IMG/VR virus record: IMGVR_UViG_3300047157_000094
Span: 1 to 60,742 of that record
From: a virus
Lineage: Duplodnaviria > Caudoviricetes
Reading direction: 5' to 3' (one strand)
DNA: 60,742 nucleotides
The position numbers were made by a program, and so were the translations under genes. The notes under the pieces were generated by a model. That model was not told the DNA's origin. It made no database searches and saw nothing but the letters and a program-made list of their open reading frames with translations. Each line of letters opens with the position of its first letter. Positions within the stretch are counted from its first letter, which is position 1. Below are positions 33,247 through 41,202 of the stretch, one piece after another.

Positions 33247-35252
33247 TATTCTCCTAACATTTTAGCAAGACCACCAGATGCCATGTCATCGGCCATATCG
33301 TCTATGTAATCACTTGGGTCGTAATCAGGTCCGCGATCTGCTGCATATGATGATGTTTTTTCATTTGCATATTTAACATTGTCTTTTCTTTTTTTAGATT
33401 CAACAAACTCTTTCATCGTTTCTTTTTTATTAGTTGCAAACGATTTTACTTTTGTAAGATCAGATGTAAGGTCTTTTGTATTCTCAACTGTGTTTTCAAT
33501 AAACTCTGTTTCATAACCACCATCAGGATCTGTTGCATAATTTCTGTAATCATTTTCTGTAGCTTTAAATTCTGGTTTAATTCTTGCACCACCTTCTTCT
33601 AAAATTTCATCGGTAACTTGTAGTGACACAGTTGGTGGATCATCAAAACCTGTTACGTTTCTAACTTTGTCATCAATATCAACTCTAGTTACACCCTCAT
33701 CTAAATCTTGTGTAACCATAACGTCTGTTTCATCATCTATTTTTTTTCTGTAAACAATTTCTCTATCTTTAGTCGCCATTGTTTTAGTAACATCATCACC
33801 TTCTCTTATAACTCTTGTTACAAGAGCATCAAACCATTCTGGTTTACCTGGTGCGTTTGGTGTTGTTATAATTTCTTTAGCAATTTCTTTTGTTGCTTTT
33901 TTACCACCTAAACTTAATAATCCTGTTTTAAGTGCAGCGATACCTGCACCAGCTGCTCCCATAGTTTTTAAAAATCCTCTTCGTAACAAATCGACACCTT
34001 TACCTTTTGAAAAACCTATACGACCACCTTCTGCAAAGTTTTCTGTTGCAAACATTTCAGCAAATTTTTTAAGTGGTATTTTTTCTTTTTGTTTTCCAGG
34101 CATTTTTAAATATCTTTGATAATGTTCTATCATTTCATCTATTTTGCTTTGCATGTCTCCACCGTTTTCAAAACCTATACGACCACCTTCTGCTGCTTCT
34201 AATATTGGTCCTGGTCCTGTTCCCATTCTTTTTTCCATATATGGTCTTTGTTTTTTTTCTGTTTCTCTATTTTTTAAATATTGTTGATACTCTTGCATAA
34301 GCTGCATCATTTTTTCTTTTTGAAATTGTTTAAAGTCTCCACCGTTTTCAAACGGAACTCTTATGTTGTCATTGTCTTCTGCAAGTAAATAATTTAATCC
34401 TGTAGAAGTTGTAGCTTGACTACCTGGTGACATCAATCTTGTTCTAGCCATCAAGGCATCCGAACCGTGACCGATGTCAGATAGACTTGGCTCAACGTCA
34501 ACCATACCCCCTGTGTAGTAACCCACTATACCACCTTCAGCATTTGGTTCTAAATCTGTAACATCATAATCAGAAAGTTCAATTCGTTCTTTAAAATCTT
34601 TATCAATATATTTTTGTAATGTTTTTTGTTGTTCATCTGAAGAAAGTTTAGTTATTCTTTCTACCTCATCATCAGTAACATTAAAATCTTGTTTAAATTT
34701 TTCTTTGTTTAATTGAAATTTTTTTGTAGGTTTTAATGTTGCAAAATCTAAAGTGTCATCATCGTAGACAGTTATTTTTTGATTACTTGGTAAGTCTCCA
34801 CCTAATTCTCTAAATACATTTTCGTTTTTAGCAAGATCTGGGTTAGCTTCTATTTCTTTTATAAAGTTTGGAAAATTTTCTTGAACGTATGCATCGTCAG
34901 GATTTGCTTTAATTGTATTTTTTAAACGTTGAATTAAATATTCTGCTTTAGTAAATTTACCTTTTCCTTTTTTACCATATTCTTTTAATGGATTGTTAGG
35001 ATTAAAAGGTTTACCCATATCATCGATTGGTAGTTTGACTACAGTGTCGTCAAACACTTCATCTTTAATTTTTATACTTTTAATACCCTCACCTTTTGGA
35101 TTTTTATATACATCGTCAATTCTTTTTTGTAAAAATTTACTAATTTCACCAAATTCATTTTTAGCAAATTGTTCAGCTGCTTGTTTACTAAGTCCTTGTC
35201 TTACAAGAGACTGTAAAGCTAATATAAATTTTGTTACTGCATTTGCTGCCAT
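33246..35252 (-). CDS. Modular protein with repeated AEGGRIG motifs
   Basis: 668 aa between terL and portal; several xxGG motifs; internal RRGFLK. Confidence 0.7.
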   Translation of the reverse strand: MAANAVTKFILALQSLVRQGLSKQAAEQFAKNEFGEISKFLQKRIDDVYKNPKGEGIKSIKIKDEVFDDTVVKLPIDDMGKPFNPNNPLKEYGKKGKGKFTKAEYLIQRLKNTIKANPDDAYVQENFPNFIKEIEANPDLAKNENVFRELGGDLPSNQKITVYDDDTLDFATLKPTKKFQLNKEKFKQDFNVTDDEVERITKLSSDEQQKTLQKYIDKDFKERIELSDYDVTDLEPNAEGGIVGYYTGGMVDVEPSLSDIGHGSDALMARTRLMSPGSQATTSTGLNYLLAEDNDNIRVPFENGGDFKQFQKEKMMQLMQEYQQYLKNRETEKKQRPYMEKRMGTGPGPILEAAEGGRIGFENGGDMQSKIDEMIEHYQRYLKMPGKQKEKIPLKKFAEMFATENFAEGGRIGFSKGKGVDLLRRGFLKTMGAAGAGIAALKTGLLSLGGKKATKEIAKEIITTPNAPGKPEWFDALVTRVIREGDDVTKTMATKDREIVYRKKIDDETDVMVTQDLDEGVTRVDIDDKVRNVTGFDDPPTVSLQVTDEILEEGGARIKPEFKATENDYRNYATDPDGGYETEFIENTVENTKDLTSDLTKVKSFATNKKETMKEFVESKKRKDNVKYANEKTSSYAADRGPDYDPSDYIDDMADDMASGGLAKMLGE
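34011..34352. repeat. Intragenic direct repeats (24 bp x2 and 18 bp x2)
   Basis: aaaacctatacgaccaccttctgc at 34011-34034 and 34170-34193; gtctccaccgttttcaaa at 34155-34172 and 34335-34352. Confidence 0.85.
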
Positions 35253-36731
35253 TAATAATACTCCATCTTCCTAGGTGGTTGTTTTTCGTCTTCGTAATCT
35301 TCTGGATGGGGTAGGAAACCTCCCTGCCTGAATCGCATAACAGCCATAGTCATAGAATCGACTAAGTCATCATGATCGCCGTATGGAAATGACGCGCATT
35401 CCTCAATAACTTCTTCTGCATATTTCCTGTCAGGAGCCCAAATTATGCCAGCTTCAAACAGTGGTGCACAAGAATTTACACGTACGTGCTTATCATTACC
35501 ACGACTTGGGGTAAATGTCATCACCGGAATGTCCATTTGCCTTAGTTCGTGCGTTAACGGCGTACCAGATGCTTTTTGTTCAACGATTACCATGTCAGGA
35601 TTCCAATATTGATATTGTTCTAATGCAACACGACGTAATTCTGGAAATTCAAACCTGTCTTTTACAGAATCTAACAAAATTAAATTTGGTTTGCTATCTT
35701 CGTTTGGATAAAACACTCCCCAAGTTGTAATTGCACTGTAATCGGCAGTTTCTTTTTTTAAAAACGCTGTATCGTAGCTTTGAATAATATAATAACAGTC
35801 TGGAAGGTCGTCGTCAGTCCATTTTTGCCACCATTCACGTTTTATTAGTGCACCTTCTTCAGAAGTTGGCTTTTGCATCCATTGTGCATTCCATTTTCCA
35901 ACCGGAAGTGTAGCTTTTACTTTTTCTAGCTCTTCCATTTTCCAATATTGTGGCCAAACAGGTCTTTTCTTTTCTCCGTGGTCCATGATCGCCGGAAATT
36001 CTACCACTTCCCACTGATCACCTTTAACATCTTTTTGATTATCCATTAAAATTCCTGTTAAATCTTTCTTTGACCAACGCGTCATAACTAAAACAATCTT
36101 GGCTCCTGGTTGTAAACGCTGACGTGGACCTGATGTGTACCATTCGTAGGCGTTATCAAAGGCGCTAGCTGACATTGCGTCTTGTTCCGAGTGTGGATCG
36201 TCAATAATAAGTAAGTCTGCACCACGGCCCGTGATTGCACCGCCAACACCAGCTGCAAAATACTCACCACCTTGGGCAGTTTCCCAACGTCCCGCAGCCT
36301 GACTGTCCTCTCTTAGTGTTGTATCAAAAATTTTTTTATAATCTTCACTATCAATTAGTGTTTTTGCTTTACGACCGAACCTTACAGCAAGTTCACCTGT
36401 GTGAGTTGCTTGAATAATCTTGAGTTTTGGATTACGGCCCACCATCCACGCTGGCAAAAGATAAGATGCAAACTCTGACTTTAGTGTGTCTTGGTGGCAT
36501 GTTTACAATTAGACGCGTAATTTTTCCTGTAGCAAGGTCATTAAATTTTTTTGCTATGACTCTGTGGTGTGCGCCTTCAATAAACTCGGGCCAAACAGCT
36601 TTGACAAAGGACATAAAGTCATCTTTAGCTTTATTTTTAATTTTTTTTTCGGCTACCATTACTTGTAGCTTTAGTAATTCTTTTCGAACGTCAGCAGGTA
36701 GTTTACTTATATCTATATTATTTAAATTCAT
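35252..36731 (-). CDS. terL: Terminase large subunit (frameshift near 36470)
   Basis: Walker A-like NMPPRHTK, ITGRGADLLIIDDP (Walker B), VMTRW, nuclease SYDTA...DYSA...HDDLVD. Confidence 0.93.
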
Positions 36732-36918
36732 AAAAATTTTTATAAAATTTTTTGCACCATCTTAGGTGTTCAATAAGTTTTTTACCACCATTAACTGTCT
36801 AAATCAAGCAATACAACCGAGAGTAGTGGGACCCCTTTTTATATTTAGGGGGATTGCTTATATAGTTGCAAAGTTTTTTGTGTGTGGGTGTGGTACCTCT
36901 ATTGGTCCATGTGTTGTG

Positions 36919-36944
36919 TACCTAGGCGCGTTAGCGCCTAGGTA
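36919..36944. other. Perfect GC-rich hairpin (terminator or cis site)
   Basis: TACCTAGGCGC-GTTA-GCGCCTAGGTA, 11-bp stem, no U-tract on either strand. Confidence 0.6.
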
Positions 36945-36951
36945 GAGAGAG

Positions 36952-37227
36952 TTAATCTAGTAAGACCATGTATTGTTTAGGAAAGTATTTTTGAAACCAT
37001 GTAATGCCTTTACGCATTGTGTCGTAGTCTTCAGCTTGTTCACTACCCATGATTACATCATACACAGCAACAGCAAACCAAGGCAATAAAGCTGGTTCAT
37101 TGCTAAATCTATTACGAACAATAATTAGTTCTTTAAATTTATCTGCTTTCTGTTTGAAATAATTTGCCTTGAATGGCATCTTATATTCTTTGCTGTCCCA
37201 TTTAATTGTTTCTATTTCATCTGTCAT
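36952..37227 (-). CDS. Early hypothetical protein
   Basis: ORF 36952..37299; likely start MTDEIETIKW at 37227, just after a promoter. Confidence 0.6.
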   Translation of the reverse strand: MTDEIETIKWDSKEYKMPFKANYFKQKADKFKELIIVRNRFSNEPALLPWFAVAVYDVIMGSEQAEDYDTMRKGITWFQKYFPKQYMVLLD

Positions 37228-37234
37228 ATCTTGG

Positions 37235-37263
37235 ATAATATAGGATAAGTCAAGCATTGTCAA
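37235..37263 (-). promoter_or_regulatory. sigma70-like promoter
   Basis: TTGACA-17-TATTAT. Confidence 0.65.
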
Positions 37264-37570
37264 TAGCCTGTATTCTTTTTTGTTTATATGGATTGCCATA
37301 ATAATCGGTGTGAGTTTTTACAACTACATTGATTGGAGTTTCAAGGCACTCGGTTCTAGGGTGTAGTCTAATCTGTTCTTCCCAATGTTCATGCATAAAG
37401 TCGGTGTAACAACCTTGACTACAAAAGTGTGACCAGACATTCCTTGCGTTCCATGATGTTTGTTTTATCTTTCTAGTCCTCAATACCTTAGAACCTTGGA
37501 CACCTCTTATTCTGTCCTGTGTGTGATTAGTATGGCACTTAGTACCATGACACCAAACATATTCGCTCAT
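37250..37570 (-). CDS. Cys/His-containing early protein
   Basis: 106 aa; CHGTKCH and FCSQGC, a possible Zn site. Confidence 0.6.
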   Translation of the reverse strand: MSEYVWCHGTKCHTNHTQDRIRGVQGSKVLRTRKIKQTSWNARNVWSHFCSQGCYTDFMHEHWEEQIRLHPRTECLETPINVVVKTHTDYYGNPYKQKRIQAIDNA

Positions 37571-37722
37571 TTTTTTACCCTCAACATTGCGTCAATGAAC
37601 CTTTGGTTCTCAGCCATTTTTCTGTCTATCTCTCTTTCTTTCATTTCTGCATATAAGAATAGTCCAAAACCAAAAACAATTAAAACTAATCCAATATATA
37701 AAACTATATTCCAATCAATCAT
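37567..37722 (-). CDS. Small membrane protein
   Basis: Read manually: MIDWNIVLYIGLVLIVFGFGLFLYAEMKERE..., 51 aa, coupled to neighbours. Confidence 0.55.
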   Translation of the reverse strand: MIDWNIVLYIGLVLIVFGFGLFLYAEMKEREIDRKMAENQRFIDAMLRVKK

Positions 37723-37913
37723 TAGTACCTCACTTTCCAACTGCCTTTAGCAGTTCTATAATTGTCTGCGTCCATGTCAAAGTATGTCATTAATTTTGCA
37801 CCTTGTTTGCTAGTCCAAAATCTGCACTTGTCAGTCCACTTTGCATTTCTTGTTATGTGTTTTTTATCTTTGTTAGAATAATAAGTTATTCTAAATTGTG
37901 TGTTGTTTTCCAT
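37722..37913 (-). CDS. Early hypothetical protein
   Basis: MENNTQFRITYYSNKDKKHITR...; purine-rich leader. Confidence 0.6.
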   Translation of the reverse strand: MENNTQFRITYYSNKDKKHITRNAKWTDKCRFWTSKQGAKLMTYFDMDADNYRTAKGSWKVRY

Positions 37914-37934
37914 AATGTATTTCTCTCTTTCTGT

Positions 37935-37967
37935 ACCTATCCTATCATTGATAGGATAGGTTGTCAA
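37935..37967 (-). promoter_or_regulatory. sigma70-like promoter containing a 27-bp palindrome
   Basis: TTGACA-17-TAGGAT overlapped by ACCTATCCTATCA-T-TGATAGGATAGGT. Confidence 0.7.
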
Positions 37968-37970
37968 ATG

Positions 37971-38948
37971 TTAATTTATACTTTGTTGTTCTCGCAATAG
38001 TTGTTTGGCTATTGCTATTTTTTCCTCTCTAGTTTGTTCAACTTCATCAGTTAATAAATCAGCTAGATTAGTCGGACTATAAATAGATAATGCCATTGAA
38101 CTACTTTCATTCAATACACTTTCATTTAATACAACACCTAATTTATCAGCTAACTCTTTTGCTTGGTCAAAGTATCTATAAGACTTTAAACCCATTCGTA
38201 GTTTTTCCATTTTCTTTTCAACATTGGCAAATAGATTTTTATGTGCCATGATTACATTTTCCTGTGCTGACTTAAATTTATTAAACCACTCGTAGTCTTT
38301 AGTTTGGAATTGTCTACTATGACAATATGATGTTCCAATAACCCAAAGTTTAAAGTCATTTTCCCATTCATCTTTGTGATACATTTTATTACCACTCTCA
38401 TCATTACGACCACCAAAACCTAAATGATTTCTTACATTAGTTTCAGCTTTGTAATAAGTTGGATTTTTGTCTTTACCACTATGGTCTACTCTAACATCAT
38501 AATCTGCGTCAAGTCCTTTTGCATTTAACTCATCACGATAATAAGAAGTTAGAAAATCACAATCAGCTTGAAACTGAATTTGCACTTCATCATAGACTTC
38601 TTTTGGATTACCATTATAATCTTTGTCCATACGAGGTGTATCAGATTGAACATAGAAACAATTATCATGGTGTAAGTCCCCACCACTACTATCATACTTT
38701 CCTATCATTCTTCTAATTGTATCTACATCTTCCTGTGGTTGATGAAATCTAACAAGGTCATTCATTTTAACTTTTGCCTGTTCTCTCATTAGATTGTAGT
38801 TTGTTATTGCATCAGTATGTTGTTTCTTGTATTTTGAATTATCTTCAAAATGACTTTGAAATACATCTGCAATAACTTTTCTCTTATCTGCATTAAGAGT
38901 TTGTCTTTTTTCTTTAGTCATATTTCCTCTTTCTGTTTTATTTTGCAT
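37971..38948 (-). CDS. Early hypothetical protein
   Basis: 325 aa ORF; possible start at 38921 after AGAAAGAGG. Confidence 0.7.
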   Translation of the reverse strand: MQNKTERGNMTKEKRQTLNADKRKVIADVFQSHFEDNSKYKKQHTDAITNYNLMREQAKVKMNDLVRFHQPQEDVDTIRRMIGKYDSSGGDLHHDNCFYVQSDTPRMDKDYNGNPKEVYDEVQIQFQADCDFLTSYYRDELNAKGLDADYDVRVDHSGKDKNPTYYKAETNVRNHLGFGGRNDESGNKMYHKDEWENDFKLWVIGTSYCHSRQFQTKDYEWFNKFKSAQENVIMAHKNLFANVEKKMEKLRMGLKSYRYFDQAKELADKLGVVLNESVLNESSSMALSIYSPTNLADLLTDEVEQTREEKIAIAKQLLREQQSIN

Positions 38949-38962
38949 AAATGTTTTTTAAC

Positions 38963-38993
38963 ACTTGACAATAGGATTGTCAAGTATTATATT
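38963..38993. promoter_or_regulatory. Divergent promoter palindrome
   Basis: ACTTGACAAT-AGG-ATTGTCAAGT; rightward TTGACA-17-TATATT. Confidence 0.65.
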
Positions 38994-39211
38994 GGATTTA
39001 AGATTTAACTAATCTTACCTACGCCCTTTTGCTAGTTTACGGCGTTATAAACTCAAACTAGCGGGACAACCTCGGGTTGCATCACACCGCCACTAGTTGG
39101 CCGTCTTTGTAATCCAGAGGACTGATCCCTGGTCCTAGTGATTCGTTTTGCTAGCGTTGAGCGTATTTTGTGTAATGCATTTCACATAGACGCTAGGACC
39201 TGGGATCAGTC
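38993..39211 (+). ncRNA. Candidate structured RNA / long leader
   Basis: ORF-free region downstream of a promoter, with a possible pseudoknot (ACGCC/GGCGT; GCTAGTTT/AAACTAGC), small hairpins and a 21-bp inverted repeat (39120-39140 / 39191-39211). Confidence 0.4.
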
Positions 39212-39273
39212 TATTAGTGCGGGGAAGACTCGAGAAGCCCTCGTGTGAAGAGACTGGTCCTAAGAAAGAAATT

Positions 39274-39486
39274 ATGACTAGAAAAATTTATGAGACAAAC
39301 GCCAACCATGGTCCGGAGTACAACAAAATTTTAATTAACCACTGGCGCTGGCTGGAGGATCAGGGCCCAAGCTACAAGCACCAGGCCGCAAGCTGCAAGC
39401 TTCAAGCAGCAAGCTTGACAAGACGTCTTTATGGTGTTATAGGAGAATCAAGGAGAAAGAAATTATGCAAACAAAAGACGCTTTAA
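39274..39486 (+). CDS. Small hypothetical protein overlapping heptamer array 1
   Basis: MTRKIYETNANHG..LINHWRWLE; AGAAAGAAATT leader, as in the next gene. Confidence 0.45.
   Translation: MTRKIYETNANHGPEYNKILINHWRWLEDQGPSYKHQAASCKLQAASLTRRLYGVIGESRRKKLCKQKTL
39361..39416 (+). repeat. Tandem heptamer array (CAAGCNN) 1
   Basis: cagggcc caagcta caagcac caggccg caagctg caagctt caagcag caagctt. Confidence 0.9.
39415..39443 (+). promoter_or_regulatory. sigma70-like promoter
   Basis: TTGACA-17-TATAGG, then an AGGAG RBS and ATG at 39465. Confidence 0.65.
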
Positions 39487-40067
39487 AAATTATCGGAGGC
39501 AGCCTAAGCAAACCGTCAAAGATGCCGGGCTGGTCAATAGGTTTACCTGCGAAGGAATGCAAGACTGGCGGCAAGCTACAGAAGGTCCCAGGCAGCGTAT
39601 GCTTTGACTGTTACGCGCTCAAAGGTTGTTATGTTTTTAAGGTTGTGCAGAATGCACAGTATCGAAGGCTGGCAGCCATCAAGAGCCCGGACTGGGTCCA
39701 GGCAATGGCTCACCTAATCAACAGCAAAAAGCCTGATGTGTTCCGCTGGCATGACAGCGGCGACGTCCAGGATTTAGATCACTTACAAAAAATTTATAAG
39801 GTTTGCCAGCTCACACCTGGCAAAAGGCACTGGATGCCTACCCGTGAAGCATGGATAAAGGACCACCTGACAGACAAGCCCAACAATTTAGTCATACGAT
39901 TTAGCGCGCCCATGGTGAACCAGCGGGCGCCTGATTCGTGGTCTCACTCTTCGGAGGTTGTTGACTCTGGCGCGACGTGTCCAGCTGCAAAACAAAACAA
40001 TGAATGCAGAGACTGTCGACAATGCTGGGACGCCACAATTAAAACAGTTTCTTATGGTAAACACTAA
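39465..40067 (+). CDS. GP88-family (radical-SAM-like, Cys-rich) protein
   Basis: SKMP...C-x13-CFDCYA, FRWHDSGD, C-terminal CPA...CRDCRQCW. Family assignment is from recall. Confidence 0.7.
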   Translation: MQTKDALKIIGGSLSKPSKMPGWSIGLPAKECKTGGKLQKVPGSVCFDCYALKGCYVFKVVQNAQYRRLAAIKSPDWVQAMAHLINSKKPDVFRWHDSGDVQDLDHLQKIYKVCQLTPGKRHWMPTREAWIKDHLTDKPNNLVIRFSAPMVNQRAPDSWSHSSEVVDSGATCPAAKQNNECRDCRQCWDATIKTVSYGKH

Positions 40068-40150
40068 AACAGAATTCCCGCGTGGAATAAATTCGGATCA
40101 GGTCATTAGCAAAGAACCGGCGACGGCTGGGAATCAGCGTGCACCTGGTC

Positions 40151-40270
40151 CGGGCCTCAAGCTTCAAGCACCAAGCGTCAAGCTTTCGAACCAACCTGGT
40201 CAAGCATCAAGCAACAAGCGGTAAAGCCACAAGCACAGGGGTCAAGCGTCAAGCCACAAGCAGCAAGCTC
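40151..40270 (+). repeat. Tandem heptamer array (CAAGCNN) 2
   Basis: About 14 units in two blocks: caagctt caagcac caagcgt caagctt ... caagcat caagcaa caagcgg ... caagcgt caagcca caagcag caagctc. Confidence 0.9.
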
Positions 40271-40567
40271 AGTGATCCGTGTACCACGGTACAAGAATAC
40301 TGAAGAAGTATTCTTGGGTAAAGGACCAAGGGCCTTTACCATGATAAATGTATTCTTTGGATGACGTTTATGGAATGCTATTTGGTGTGGTGAGAATCTA
40401 ATTTTTTTACTCTTCGTTACCTTGAGTTCTACAGTGCAAAAGTGCCCAGAAGTATTGCAGACCAATAGATCAGGAGTACCAAGTAAGCTGGAATTCTCCA
40501 GTCGAATAAGCGAAAACTCTTTAAAATTTCTTTTGATTTGTTGATAAAATTTTGCCTCTGGACCCAT
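40178..40567 (-). CDS. VRR-NUC/Holliday junction resolvase-like PD-(D/E)XK nuclease
   Basis: E..F...RLEN...GTPDL...VELKV...SPHQIAF. Confidence 0.75.
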   Translation of the reverse strand: MGPEAKFYQQIKRNFKEFSLIRLENSSLLGTPDLLVCNTSGHFCTVELKVTKSKKIRFSPHQIAFHKRHPKNTFIMVKALGPLPKNTSSVFLYRGTRITELAACGLTLDPCACGFTACCLMLDQVGSKA

Positions 40568-40595
40568 GTCATTATCGAGGTAATTACCCCGCGCA

Positions 40596-40862
40596 TTATG
40601 CGCCTGGAGTACGTAGTTTATCCGGTAAAACTATGCTCGATACTTCTCCTGTTTTCATTACAAGACGGTGTGAATGATGATTTTTATGTAAACCAAATAT
40701 AGTCTGACTGTTTTCGTGTACTTCCATTTTTTTTATTTCTCTTAATTGACCATTTACTTCAACATAGATAACCGCATCGCTAATCGCATTACCCTGACCT
40801 GATGCAGATTTATCTCTAGCTGTAAAAGATTCTAAGAATTGTTGTAAGTCTCTTACTCTCAT
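40596..40862 (-). CDS. Hypothetical protein
   Basis: 88 aa coupled ORF. Confidence 0.6.
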   Translation of the reverse strand: MRVRDLQQFLESFTARDKSASGQGNAISDAVIYVEVNGQLREIKKMEVHENSQTIFGLHKNHHSHRLVMKTGEVSSIVLPDKLRTPGA

Positions 40863-41164
40863 TTTTTGTTCTCCGCAACAAGTCTTTCTATTTCTTTTTC
40901 TAATTCTGCAATTATTCTCACTTGATCAATTAACTTAGCACTTAATTCTTCTATAACTTTTTTGTAACCAATTGCTAAATTTTCTGTTTTAATCCATTCA
41001 GACTCTTTTTGTTTATACTCCCAAATTTCTTTCTTGTGTTGTTCTATCATAAAAGTTAAATCTAACGAACTTCTATCTTCTTTAGGGTCTACCTTGCTTT
41101 CGTTTTCGTGACTCATATCTTCTCCATGTTCTTTCAAATGTGTATATGTACGCTTATCTTTCAT
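40859..41164 (-). CDS. Coiled-coil hypothetical protein
   Basis: 101 aa; starts immediately after a promoter. Confidence 0.6.
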   Translation of the reverse strand: MKDKRTYTHLKEHGEDMSHENESKVDPKEDRSSLDLTFMIEQHKKEIWEYKQKESEWIKTENLAIGYKKVIEELSAKLIDQVRIIAELEKEIERLVAENKK

Positions 41165-41167
41165 ACC

Positions 41168-41201
41168 TTGACTTTATAGGAGAGTTACCTTAAATTGTCA
41201 A
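41168..41201. promoter_or_regulatory. Overlapping divergent promoters
   Basis: Rightward TTGACT-17-TAAATT; leftward TTGACA-17-TATAAA. Confidence 0.6.
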
Positions 41202-41202
41202 C

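Noticed and set aside
24136-36731. Frameshifts in capsid, portal, terL, scaffold and GroES (also primase, SNF2 and tail genes) as pseudogenes or programmed frameshifts
   Set aside because: They are single-base indels, many in homopolymers, scattered over essential genes. This is typical long-read consensus error.
39958-40224. Plus-strand 88-aa ORF
   Set aside because: Overlaps GP88 out of frame and mostly translates the repeat array.
39361-40270. Heptamer arrays as a CRISPR array
   Set aside because: 7-bp units with no 25-45 bp spacers; no cas operon. The Cas4-like exonuclease is an ordinary phage nuclease.
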